Assembly: GCA_963704165.1 (NCBI GenBank)
Contig: CAVPHD010000008.1
Coordinates: 1-64,000, forward strand
Reading direction: 5' to 3'
DNA length: 64,000 nt
Source: an uncultured delta proteobacterium
Lineage (GTDB): Bacteria; Myxococcota_A; UBA9160; SZUA-336
Shown: piece after piece, positions 10,940 through 19,802 of the stretch
Layout: every line of letters starts with the position of its first letter
How positions within the stretch are numbered: position 1 is the first letter of the stretch
Position numbers and translations under genes: made by a program
Notes under the pieces: model-generated
The model's database searches: none
What the model saw: the letters and a program-made list of their open reading frames with translations, nothing else
What the model was told of the DNA's origin: nothing

Positions 10940-11198
10940 GTCGTTCCCCCCTCACCGATATGGCGGTCCAGCTGCGTATCACATGCCGGCACGCGGCGCG
11001 CGCAGGCTCGCGCAAGACCTTTGCAAATTCGCCCGGGGCGGTCGCCTCTCCCGCTCGCGGGTTTGCCGCGTCCGAACGGCGTAAGCACCGGCCACAGCTA
11101 AAGAAGCGGAGCGACGGTCCCGATCGGATGCGGTGAATACGCAATGGGGAGCGCCTATGAGGGTGGGCCCCCTACTTGACCGGGAGGAGCTCCACGGC

Positions 11199-11441
11199 AT
11201 GGAGCACATGAGCTTCACAGAGCAAATGAATGAAGGGCAGCCGCGGAAGCGGAACCGGGTGCGTGAGCTACGCGAGAACAAGCTCATGACCCAGGCGCAG
11301 CTGGCCAAGAAGGCCAGGGTCGCTCTCCGCACGATCCATTCCGTGGAGAAGGGAATGAACTGCCGGATGGATACCAAGCGCAAGATCCTGATCGCGCTGG
11401 GCATGCGCTTCGAGGACAAGGACCAGGTCTTCCTCGACTGA
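11199..11441 (+). CDS. Small XRE-family helix-turn-helix protein
   Basis: NRVRELRENKLMTQAQLAKKARVALRTIHSVEKGMNCRMDTKRKILIALG; start could be 11199, 11208 or 11226. Confidence 0.85.
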   Translation: MEHMSFTEQMNEGQPRKRNRVRELRENKLMTQAQLAKKARVALRTIHSVEKGMNCRMDTKRKILIALGMRFEDKDQVFLD

Positions 11442-11463
11442 ACTCGAAACGAGAGTTCGAAAG

Positions 11464-11502
11464 AAGAGACACGCCACCCGCGGAGGGGGCGTGTCTCTTT
11501 TC
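11464..11502 (+). terminator. Rho-independent terminator
   Basis: Perfect 12-bp inverted repeat AAGAGACACGCC (11464-11475)/GGCGTGTCTCTT (11488-11499) running into a T-rich tract. Confidence 0.75.
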
Positions 11503-11535
11503 TCGTCTGGGCACGCGAGCGGCTAGAATCCGGCG

Positions 11536-13875
11536 ATGGCGCGCGCGTCCGCGAACTTCCTGCGTGATGTAGGACGGCTGCTCACTCGCAGCCACGATCT
11601 CGAGGAGACACTCGAGAACGTCGTTCGCCTGGTCGCACGCTGGATGCACGCCTCCGCGTGCTCGATCTACGTGCTCGAAGAGGATGGCGAGACACTCGTT
11701 CTGCGTGCGACGCGCGGCCTGAATCCGGCGGCCGTCGGCCGGGTGCGCATTCGCGTGGGGCAGGGCATCGCCGGCCGCGCGCTCGAGCAGCGCGAGACGA
11801 TCGCGGTGCCGGACGTGCGTCTCGAGCCGCGCGTGCAGGCGGTGGCGCTCTCCGGCGAGCAGCGCTTCCGTTCGCTCGTCGCGGTTCCGCTGCTGGTCCG
11901 CGACGAGCCCGTGGGCGTGCTGACGGCACGCACCGCGCGGGTCCGCGTCTTCCCACGCGCGCAGCTCGAATTGCTCGAGATGATCGCCGCTCAAGTCGGC
12001 TCGATCGTGCTGAACGCGCAGCTTCTCGACCGGGCCCTCCGTGAGCGCGCACCCGGCCGGTCGTTCGTCGCGCGGGCGCCGGAGCCGCCCGCGCGAGGGA
12101 CCGTGCTGCGCGGCGTGGGCAACTCGCCCGGGATCGCGCGCGGACGCGTGCACCTGATCGCAAAGCGGCTCGACGTGGCCGCGATCGACTATCAGCCTGC
12201 GCGCACGGCTGCGTCCGAGTGGCGCGCGGTGCAACGTGCGCTTCGCGAGACCGTGCGGCAGTTGAACGATCTGCGCGGGGCCGTCGGCGACCGCTTCGGC
12301 GAAGAGCTCGCCGACGTCTTCACGACGCACATCATGGTGCTCGAGGACCAGGGATTTCGCGCCAAGCTACGTCGTGGCATCGATCGCCACGGCAATGGCG
12401 CTCGTGCGCTGGTCGATACGATGCAAGGCTACGCCGCGATCTTCGCCGCGACACCGGACGAGACCGTGCGCGAGCGTGCCGCGGACATCGAGGACGTTCT
12501 GCAGCGAGCCGTCGGTGAGCTCGTCGGCGTCCGGCTGCACAACCCGCCGCTGCGAAACGGCGTGATCGTCGTCGCAGAGCAGATCGCGCCGAGCGAGTTC
12601 GTGCTGCTCGAGACCGAGAAGATCGCGGGGATCGTCACCGAGCATGGCGGGCCGACCAGTCATGCGGCGATCTTCGCGCGATCGCTCGAGATTCCCGCGG
12701 TTTCCGGTGTTCCGGGCATCGCCAACCGATTGCGCCCCGAAGACCAGGTGATCGTGGACGGCCTCGAGGGCGTCGTGATCGCCAACCCGACTCGCCCGCA
12801 ACGCGCCGAGTACGCCGTGATCTCCCAGCGCTACCACGCGACGCGTGGCCGACTCGACGAGTTGCGCGGACTGCCGAGCGAGACGCGCGACGGCCGGAAG
12901 ATCCGACTGTCGGCGAACGTCGGCGGGCTCTCCGATCTCGACCTGGTCAAGCGCTATGGAGCCGAGGGAATCGGATTGCTGCGCACGGAGGTGTACGCGC
13001 TCGGGGCCCGCGGGTTGCCCGAGGAAGACGAGCAACACCGCGCCTACCTGCGCGTGGCCGCGCTGATCGCTCCCGACCCGGTGGTGATCCGCTGCTTCGA
13101 CCTCGGAGGCGACAAGGCACTTCCAGGCGAGTCGATCCGCGAAGCCAACCCGCAGCTCGGCTGGCGCGCGATCCGCATCCTGCTCGACCGTCCGGAGCTG
13201 TTCCGCGCGCAGCTCCGAGCGATCGTCCGAGCGAACGTGCACGGCAACCTCCGCATCATGCTGCCGATGATCGCCTCGCTCGACGAGCTCGAGGCGTCGC
13301 GCGCGCACCTTCGGGCCGTCTGCGCGGAGCTCGGTGCGACGGCGCCACCGCTCGGTGTCATGATCGAGACACCCGCGGCGGTCGTGATCGCGCATCATCT
13401 GGCCAACCAGTCGGACTTCTTCTCGATCGGCACGAACGACCTGATGCAGTACACGCTCGCGACCGATCGCGAGAACGAGCGGGTCGCCACGATCTACGAT
13501 CCGTTCCACCCAGGCGTGCTCGCGCAGATCCAGCGCGTGGCCGACGTCGCGCGCGAGTTCGGCCTACCGTGCTCGGTCTGCGGCGAGCTCGGCGGAAATC
13601 CGATCGCGGCGCCGCTCCTGATCGGGATGGGAATCGAGGAGCTCTCGATGGCGCCGTTCTCGACGCTCGCGTTGCGCCAGGTCGTGCGCGGAACCGACGC
13701 GGCCGCGATGACGGCCTGCGCGCGTGAGATCGCGGGCGCCGCCCGCGGAGGCGACGTGCGCGAACGTCTCGCACAGACCTACGAGTCTCTCGGCCTGCTC
13801 GCCGACCCCGATCTCGGTCCTCTGATGCGACATCTGCTCGGCTCGCGCGTTGACAGGCGAGAGAGCCCCCGATAG
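11536..13875 (+). CDS. ptsP: PEP-protein phosphotransferase with N-terminal GAF domain (EI-Ntr)
   Basis: GAF domain, GGPTSHAAIFARSLEIP active His, GIGLLRTE, FDLGGDK, DFFSIGTNDL.QY, VCGELGG. Confidence 0.93.
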   Translation: MARASANFLRDVGRLLTRSHDLEETLENVVRLVARWMHASACSIYVLEEDGETLVLRATRGLNPAAVGRVRIRVGQGIAGRALEQRETIAVPDVRLEPRVQAVALSGEQRFRSLVAVPLLVRDEPVGVLTARTARVRVFPRAQLELLEMIAAQVGSIVLNAQLLDRALRERAPGRSFVARAPEPPARGTVLRGVGNSPGIARGRVHLIAKRLDVAAIDYQPARTAASEWRAVQRALRETVRQLNDLRGAVGDRFGEELADVFTTHIMVLEDQGFRAKLRRGIDRHGNGARALVDTMQGYAAIFAATPDETVRERAADIEDVLQRAVGELVGVRLHNPPLRNGVIVVAEQIAPSEFVLLETEKIAGIVTEHGGPTSHAAIFARSLEIPAVSGVPGIANRLRPEDQVIVDGLEGVVIANPTRPQRAEYAVISQRYHATRGRLDELRGLPSETRDGRKIRLSANVGGLSDLDLVKRYGAEGIGLLRTEVYALGARGLPEEDEQHRAYLRVAALIAPDPVVIRCFDLGGDKALPGESIREANPQLGWRAIRILLDRPELFRAQLRAIVRANVHGNLRIMLPMIASLDELEASRAHLRAVCAELGATAPPLGVMIETPAAVVIAHHLANQSDFFSIGTNDLMQYTLATDRENERVATIYDPFHPGVLAQIQRVADVAREFGLPCSVCGELGGNPIAAPLLIGMGIEELSMAPFSTLALRQVVRGTDAAAMTACAREIAGAARGGDVRERLAQTYESLGLLADPDLGPLMRHLLGSRVDRRESPR

Positions 13876-13878
13876 CGT
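13850..13878 (+). promoter_or_regulatory. Sigma70-type promoter of fur
   Basis: TTGACA (13850-13855), 17 nt, TAGCGT (13873-13878), 8 nt before the ATG. Confidence 0.6.
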
Positions 13879-13886
13879 GGCCGACG

Positions 13887-14336
13887 ATGCCACCCGGGAG
13901 TGATTCCGACCGGCGCGCCCACAAGAAGATGTCGGATCACCTCTCGCGCCACGGTCTGAAACAGACGCGTCAGCGCGAGGCGATCCTCGACGCCTTCCTC
14001 GCCGCGAAGGGCCACGTGACGAGTGAAGAGCTCTACGAAGCGGTGCGCGTGCACAGCCCCGCCCTCGGTGCGGCGACGGTATACCGTGCGTTGAAGCTCT
14101 TCTGTGAAGCGGGAGTCGCGCGCGCGCATCACTTCCGCGACGGCATCACGCTCTACGAGCGCGAAGGCCATCATCACGACCACCTGATCTGTCAGGGCTG
14201 TGGGGCGATCGTCGAGTTCGAGCGCGACACGATCGAAGAGGAACAGCTCAAGGTCGCGGAAGAGCACGGCTACGTGCTCACGCAGCATCGGCACATCCTC
14301 TACGGGATCTGCCCGAGGTGCCAGAAGAAGCACTAG
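13887..14336 (+). CDS. fur: Ferric uptake regulator family protein
   Basis: GLKQTRQREAIL, ATVYRALKL, HHHDHLICQGCG, HILYGICPRC. Confidence 0.92.
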   Translation: MPPGSDSDRRAHKKMSDHLSRHGLKQTRQREAILDAFLAAKGHVTSEELYEAVRVHSPALGAATVYRALKLFCEAGVARAHHFRDGITLYEREGHHHDHLICQGCGAIVEFERDTIEEEQLKVAEEHGYVLTQHRHILYGICPRCQKKH

Positions 14337-14953
14337 CCGCGCGGCGTGTTCGGAAGTTCGTTCACGTCGCCCGGACGCGCCGGGAAGTGCTGGGCGAGGA
14401 TCTCTCCGCAGCGGTGGATCCCGTCGGTCAGGCCCGCTTCGGCGCGCTGCTCCTTGATCCCGGCGACGACGCGCGTGACGACGTCGTCCCAGGTACCCGC
14501 GTCGACCCGCGCGTGGATGCCGCGGTCGGCGAGCACGATCACGCGGTGCTCGAGCAGCGAGACGTAGATCAGGATTCCGGTCCGATCGCGCGTCTCGACG
14601 AGTCCGGCTTCGTGAAACGCGAGAGCCGCCGCGCGCGCGACGCGCGCCTCGACGACGTCGGCCGGCGCCAGCCAGCGAAGCAGCGCGCCGCGCCCGAAGA
14701 TCCACGCGCCCGCCGCGAAGACACCGATCTGCGTCGCCATCCACCAGGGCCCGAGTCCGGGCGCGAGCGTGAACGCGATCCCGGCGGACGCGAATGCGAG
14801 GAGCGCGGCCGCACCGAAGCGCACGTCGGCCCAGGCGTCGCTGCGTCGGACGATCACCGGAACGATCTCGCCCGACGTCGCGCGCTCGGCCGAGTGCACG
14901 GCCGCCTCGATCGCCGCGATCCCGTGTTCGCCGAGGAGCTCGCGGACGCGCAT
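14333..14953 (-). CDS. TPM domain membrane protein
   Basis: AERATSGEIVPV, TRDRTGILIYVSLLEHRVIVLADRGI, HFPARPGDVNELPN. Confidence 0.88.
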   Translation of the reverse strand: MRVRELLGEHGIAAIEAAVHSAERATSGEIVPVIVRRSDAWADVRFGAAALLAFASAGIAFTLAPGLGPWWMATQIGVFAAGAWIFGRGALLRWLAPADVVEARVARAAALAFHEAGLVETRDRTGILIYVSLLEHRVIVLADRGIHARVDAGTWDDVVTRVVAGIKEQRAEAGLTDGIHRCGEILAQHFPARPGDVNELPNTPRG

Positions 14954-15687
14954 CACCACCGCCCTGAAGCGCCGCCGCCGCCGAAGCCGCCGCCGCCGCC
15001 CGAGAATCCACCCCCGCCGAATCCGCCTCCGCGCGGGAACACTCCGCCCGTACCGCCCCGGTGCCGCGTGCGCGGCCCGCCGAAGGCGGGCGCGAAGAAG
15101 AATCCGCGCAGCAGCATGGTCCCGACGACGAACGCGATCCAGAGCCCCACCACCCAGAGCGGTGCGCCTTGTCCTTCTCCGCGCGAGGGCACGGGAAGAT
15201 CCTCGCCCGAGATCCGATCGAGGATCGCGCGCGTGCCCGCCTCGACGCCGCGGTCCATCCGACCGGCCCTGAATTCCGGAAGGATCCACTCGCGAATGAT
15301 GCGCGCGGCGATCACGTCGGGCAGCACACCTTCGAGTCCGTAGCCGACCTCGATCCGCACCTGCCGCTCGTTCGGCGCGACCGTCAGGATCACGCCGTTG
15401 TCGAGGCCCCGCTGTCCGACCTTCCACGATTCCGCGATCTGGATCGAGTAGTCCTCGATCTCGAGCTGCTCGAGCGAGGGCGTGATGTGCACGACGACCT
15501 GATGACCCTTCGTGCGCTCGAACTCGACGAGCCTGGCCTCGAGCGCGCGCGCGTCCTCCGCGCGAAGCAGACCGGCCCGATCGAGTACGTGCGCACGCAG
15601 ATCGGGAATTTCGAGCGCGCGCACCGTCGGCGCGAGCAGGAGAAACGCGAACGCGCAGAGCAAGGCGCGCGCCGGACTCGTGCTCAG
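14953..15687 (-). CDS. TPM domain protein (YgcG-like) with Gly-rich tail
   Basis: WKVGQRGLDNGVIL, VRIEVGYGLEGVLPD, GGGFSGGGGGFGGGGASGRW; start CTG 15687 or TTG 15663. Confidence 0.9.
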   Translation of the reverse strand: MSTSPARALLCAFAFLLLAPTVRALEIPDLRAHVLDRAGLLRAEDARALEARLVEFERTKGHQVVVHITPSLEQLEIEDYSIQIAESWKVGQRGLDNGVILTVAPNERQVRIEVGYGLEGVLPDVIAARIIREWILPEFRAGRMDRGVEAGTRAILDRISGEDLPVPSRGEGQGAPLWVVGLWIAFVVGTMLLRGFFFAPAFGGPRTRHRGGTGGVFPRGGGFGGGGFSGGGGGFGGGGASGRW

Positions 15688-16274
15688 AATTTCACCTCGG
15701 GTGGCGCTTCCGCGCCGGCCGTGGCTTCGAACGTCGGACGCGGTTCCGCACCCAGGATGAAGCGCGCGGTCAGGTTCGTCGGGAAGAAGCGCACGAGCTT
15801 GTTGTACTCGGCGACGGCCTCGACGTAGCGCTTGCGAGCCACCGTGACGCGGTTCTCGGTGCCTTCGAGCTGGACCTGAAAATCGCGGAAGGCCGCGGTC
15901 GCCTTCAGATCGGGGTAACGCTCGACGACGACGAGCAGGCGCGAGAGCGCGCTCTGGAGCGATCCCTGCGCGGCCTGCAGCTTCGCGAACGCCTCGGGGT
16001 CGTCGAGCACGCTCGCGTCCATCTTCACGCTCGTCGCGCTCGCGCGCGCCTGGATCACGGCTTCGAGCGTCTCCTTCTCGAAGTTCGCCGCGCCCTTCAC
16101 GGTGCTCACCAGGTTCGGGATCAGGTCGAGCCGCCGCTGGTACTGGTTCTGGACCTCGGCCCAGGCGGCCTTGACGTTCTCGTCCGCTCCCTGGATCGAG
16201 TTGTAGCCGCACCCGGAAACCAGCGTCGCGAGCAGGACGAGCGCGCAAGCCATTGAACGGTTTGGGTTTTTCAT
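15684..16274 (-). CDS. lemA: LemA family lipoprotein
   Basis: LVSGCGYN, AWAEVQNQYQRRLDLIPNLV, ERYPDLKA, LEGTENRVTVARKRY. Confidence 0.95.
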   Translation of the reverse strand: MKNPNRSMACALVLLATLVSGCGYNSIQGADENVKAAWAEVQNQYQRRLDLIPNLVSTVKGAANFEKETLEAVIQARASATSVKMDASVLDDPEAFAKLQAAQGSLQSALSRLLVVVERYPDLKATAAFRDFQVQLEGTENRVTVARKRYVEAVAEYNKLVRFFPTNLTARFILGAEPRPTFEATAGAEAPPEVKF

Positions 16275-16318
16275 GCCGCCGAGAATACCGTCGCGGCCCC
16301 GTGAGGCAAGATCGTAGT

Positions 16319-16333
16319 TGATAGTCATTCTCA
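16319..16333 (+). promoter_or_regulatory. Fur box overlapping the bfd -35 element
   Basis: TGATAGT-C-ATTCTCA vs 7-1-7 consensus TGATAAT-N-ATTATCA (2 mismatches); overlaps TTGATA (16318-16323), 17 nt, TACGCT (16341-16346). Confidence 0.8.
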
Positions 16334-16353
16334 TCTAGCGTACGCTCCCGGCC

Positions 16354-16575
16354 GTGATCGTCTGCAGCTGCCACGGCGTGACCGACCACGAGATCCGCTC
16401 GGCGGTGGACTCCGGCGCGCGCACGCCACGCCAGGTCGCCGCGACCTGTCGCGCCGGCTCGTCCTGTGGCGGCTGTCTCGCGACCGTGGTCGAGATCCTC
16501 TCCGAGTCGCAATACGAGCGCCGACCGGTCGCGTCGATCTCGGTGGACGAAGCCCGAGACCTCGTCTCCGCGTAG
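16354..16575 (+). CDS. bfd: Bacterioferritin-associated ferredoxin-like [2Fe-2S] protein
   Basis: MIVCSCHGVTDHEIR...AGSSCGGC pattern. Confidence 0.88.
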   Translation: MIVCSCHGVTDHEIRSAVDSGARTPRQVAATCRAGSSCGGCLATVVEILSESQYERRPVASISVDEARDLVSA

Positions 16576-16615
16576 CGCTTGCTAAGCTCGAACTCCCGGT
16601 CCAAGGGAGGCACGC

Positions 16616-16957
16616 ATGGCGAAGCGAATCGACTGGCACTACCAGCGCAACGGTTGAACGAGTTGTACCCGGGCGTCCAAGTTTCTGGACGCGAACAAGC
16701 TCGTCGCAGCCGAGACCGTGTCCGCGAGCCAGAAGCTCGGTCAGGCCGACGCAGCTCGGCTCGTGAAAGCGGCCAAGCAGGTGATCGTCGCGAAGGGGAA
16801 GCTCGTGCGGACGTTCGCACCCGGTGGGAAGGCGCCGGCCGAGATCGTCGAGGCCGTTCTGGGCCCGACCGGAAACCTGCGCGCGCCCACGCTCGTCGTC
16901 GGCGACAAGCTGCTCGTCGGCTGGAACGAAGAGGCCTATCGCGCAGCGCTGCTTTGA
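16616..16957 (+). CDS. ArsC-like thioredoxin-fold selenoprotein (UxxC)
   Basis: RBS AGGGAGG, ATG 16616, MAKRIDWHYQRNG-TGA(16655-16657)-TSCTRASKFL...LGPTGNLRAPTLVVGDKLLVGWNEEAY in one frame. Confidence 0.85.
16673..16692 (+). promoter_or_regulatory. Putative bacterial SECIS hairpin
   Basis: GCGTCCA-AGTTTC-TGGACGC 7-bp stem; loop begins 22 nt after UGA with G at loop position 2. Confidence 0.65.
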
Positions 16958-16964
16958 GCGGGCC

Positions 16965-18113
16965 GTGCAGCTCTCGCGCGTGACGCTGCGCGAGCACCTC
17001 GTCGGGGAGCTGCTTCCGCTCTGGGAGAGGCACGGCCTCGATCGGGTGCGCGGCGGGTACTGGAATCGGCTCGGCCCCGACCTGCGTCCACTCCTCGACG
17101 GTCACAAGCGTCTGCTCGTGCACGCGCGCCAGATCTTCGCGTTCACGCGCGGCGTCGAGCTGGGCGCGGGCGCGTGGGCGCGCGCGGCCGCCGCGCACGG
17201 ACTCGAGTTCCTCGTCTCGCGATTCAGGGATACGCGTCACGGCGGCTGGTTCACGAGCACCGATGACGCGGGCGCGCCGCTCGACCGGCACAAGGATCTG
17301 TACGGCCACGCGTTCGTGATCTTCGCGCTCGCGCATCACCACCGCGTCTTCGGCGAGCCGGAGTCGGCGCGACTCGCGCGCGAGACGCTCGGGCTCGTGT
17401 ACGAGCGCTTGCGAGATCGCGTTGCGGGCGGGTTTCTCGAGGGCGCGAGCGAGGACTGGAAGCCGATCGCCGGACCGCGCCGCCAGAATCCGCACATGCA
17501 CCTCGTCGAGTCGCTGCTCGCGCTCGACGAGATCGGGTCGGACGCCGACGCACTTCGCGAAGCGCACGCGCTCGTCGAGCTTCTCGGCGCGCGTTGGATC
17601 GACGCGCGGACGGACGCGCTCGGCGAGCACTTCGACCCGAGCTGGCAGCTTCTCGCGGGCGACGTCGGACGAATCGTCGAGCCCGGCCACCACTTCGAAT
17701 GGGTCTGGCTGCTCGACCGGCTCGACGCGCGCGAGCCGAGGGAATCGACGCGGGCGCTGGCCCGACGGCTTTTCGACTTCGCGCGCCGATTCGGCGTCGA
17801 TACGGACGGCGGTGTCCTCGATCAGGTCGATCGCGTCGGAAACCCGCTCGCGACCGGCAAGCGCCTCTGGCCGCAGACCGAACGCGTGAAGGCGCTGGCC
17901 GCGCGCGCGCATGCGACGGGCGACGCCGATCTGCGTCGCGAGCTCGACGCGGGTCTCGGGTACTGCTTCGCACGCTACGTCGATCCGGCCACGCGCGGCT
18001 GGCACGAGCAGCTCGCGCGCGACGGCAGCGTCGCGTCCGAGGCCCAGAACGCGACCAGCGTCTATCACGTGGTGTCCGCGATCTGCGAGGCGATCGAGAC
18101 GATCGACACCTGA
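16965..18113 (+). CDS. AGE family epimerase/isomerase (N-acylglucosamine 2-epimerase/mannose-6-P isomerase-like)
   Basis: RLLVHARQIFAF, DLYGHAFVIFA, QNPHMHLVE, EPGHHFEWVWLL, RLWPQTE, TSVYHV. Confidence 0.9.
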   Translation: MQLSRVTLREHLVGELLPLWERHGLDRVRGGYWNRLGPDLRPLLDGHKRLLVHARQIFAFTRGVELGAGAWARAAAAHGLEFLVSRFRDTRHGGWFTSTDDAGAPLDRHKDLYGHAFVIFALAHHHRVFGEPESARLARETLGLVYERLRDRVAGGFLEGASEDWKPIAGPRRQNPHMHLVESLLALDEIGSDADALREAHALVELLGARWIDARTDALGEHFDPSWQLLAGDVGRIVEPGHHFEWVWLLDRLDAREPRESTRALARRLFDFARRFGVDTDGGVLDQVDRVGNPLATGKRLWPQTERVKALAARAHATGDADLRRELDAGLGYCFARYVDPATRGWHEQLARDGSVASEAQNATSVYHVVSAICEAIETIDT

Positions 18114-18337
18114 GGCGCGGTTCGGGAGCTCTTCTCTTCTCCCATTCTGCGTCTGAATTGCACGCCGTCTGCCTTCGCTTCGATCTCCGTGGCGATCGCT
18201 GCGATCGCGGAAGTGCGTCGAGTGGCCACACAGTAGAGAACGGATCCACGGAATGACTTGCGCATCGCGTGAGATTCACTGACTCGAGGGGAGTTCCCTC
18301 TGGTAAGATCCACAGTCCGATTCATTGGAGATGCTCG

Positions 18338-19786
18338 ATGAGCCCAAGCCGAGTGTTCAGGGGCGGATGTGCAGGTCTGGTCTGTGCCCTGCTGATCGCA
18401 GGTCTCGCGTGGCCGATCGGAGCCCATGCGCAGGTTCCGAATCGCATCGACTACCAGGGACTGCTGCTCGATTCGGGCGGCCTCGCGATCAACGGCAGTC
18501 AGACGCTCACGTTGCGGATCTGGGACGACGCGGCGTCGGTCGCGCCGGCGTCGCTTCTCTACGAGGAGATCCATCTCGGCGTGCTGGTGACGGACGGGGT
18601 CTTCGACGCCCAGATCGGAGCGGGCACGGCCACGGTCAACGGCGTGTACACGGTCTTCAGCGAGCTGATCTTTCAGGGGCCGAACCGCTGGCTCGAGGTT
18701 CGTGTCGGATCGGAGACGCTCTCGCCGCGGCAGCCGTTCGGCTCGACGGCTTACTCTCTTCAGTGTCAGAACGCGATCAGCGTCGTGAACAGCAGCATCG
18801 GCTCGAGCTCGATCGCCGACGGCTCGATCCAGGCGGCCGACATCGACTCGAGCCAGGTCCAGCAGCGCGTCTCGGCGAGCTGTCCCGCGGGGCAGGCAAT
18901 TCGCAGCGTCGCGTCGAGCGGCGCCGTCACGTGTGAGTCGACGCTGGGCGTCGGGGCGAACAGCGTGATCTCGAGCTCGATCGTCGATGGCGCGATCCAG
19001 GCGGCCGACGTCGACTCGAGCCAGGTCCAGCGGCGCGTCTCGACGAGCTGTCCCGCGTGGCAGGCGATTCGCAGCATCGGTTCGACGGGCACCATCACGT
19101 GTGAGTCGACCCTGAACGTCGGGCCGGACACCGTGACCTCGAGCTCCGTCGTCGACGAAACCATCACGGCTGCCGACATCGGGCCGTCGGGCGTAGGCAA
19201 TACGGAGCTGAACGCCAGCCACGCCTACACCGTCGGCGGGATGACGGTCAACGGGCAGCTTGCAGTCAACTCGGCGGCCGACGTCGTGATCCGAGACGAT
19301 TCGAATGCCTTCCGCTGGTACGACAGTGCAGGTGTGACCCAGCACGGTGCGGTGTGGGTAAGTGCATTCGAGAATCAGTTCTACGATTTCAACCAGGGTC
19401 GCAGCATCTTTCTTTCCAACGCCGACGGCATTGGAATCGGCACGAGTTCGCCGGTATCGGGGTATACCGTCACCGTTCCCAGCCTGCGGGTCAGCGGCAA
19501 CTCGAGTGTCGGCCTCACGCAGGTGGGCGCGAGCTATGCCGTGAGCGCGGCCGTTGCTTCCTGTCACTCCCATGGGAATCTGCCCTGTTATGAGGGCAAC
19601 GGCACCGTCACCTGCCCCGTGGGTACCCGCGTGGTCGGAGGGGGTGCCGCCGGCGTCGGTGTCGGTTCGCGCTACGGGTCGGTCGGGTCCAGCTATCCGT
19701 TGAACTCGACCCAATGGCGCTGTTCCTCGACGTACGACCTCTCGACGAGCCACTGGTGCTACGCGATCTGCGCGCGGCTCGAGTAG
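18338..19786 (+). CDS. Secreted fibre/adhesin-like protein with internal repeats and Cys-rich C-terminal domain
   Basis: Signal peptide AHA|QVP, IDYQGLL...DGVF...WLEVRV...LSPRQ...AYS head, 56-aa repeats, C-terminal CPVGTRVVGGG...SYP...W.C...YAIC. Confidence 0.7.
   Translation: MSPSRVFRGGCAGLVCALLIAGLAWPIGAHAQVPNRIDYQGLLLDSGGLAINGSQTLTLRIWDDAASVAPASLLYEEIHLGVLVTDGVFDAQIGAGTATVNGVYTVFSELIFQGPNRWLEVRVGSETLSPRQPFGSTAYSLQCQNAISVVNSSIGSSSIADGSIQAADIDSSQVQQRVSASCPAGQAIRSVASSGAVTCESTLGVGANSVISSSIVDGAIQAADVDSSQVQRRVSTSCPAWQAIRSIGSTGTITCESTLNVGPDTVTSSSVVDETITAADIGPSGVGNTELNASHAYTVGGMTVNGQLAVNSAADVVIRDDSNAFRWYDSAGVTQHGAVWVSAFENQFYDFNQGRSIFLSNADGIGIGTSSPVSGYTVTVPSLRVSGNSSVGLTQVGASYAVSAAVASCHSHGNLPCYEGNGTVTCPVGTRVVGGGAAGVGVGSRYGSVGSSYPLNSTQWRCSSTYDLSTSHWCYAICARLE
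18803..19180 (+). repeat. 168-bp (56-aa) intragenic tandem repeat, ~2.3 copies
   Basis: TCGAGCTC anchors at 18803, 18971 and 19139; SSSI.DG.IQAAD.DSSQVQ.RVS.SCPA.QAIRS. Confidence 0.9.
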
Positions 19787-19802
19787 GGATGGGGTTCGGC
19801 AC

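Noticed and set aside
18338..19786. Prophage tail fibre or DGR target
   Set aside because: It has a Sec signal peptide and no phage genes, reverse transcriptase or template repeat nearby; the repeats differ at all base types
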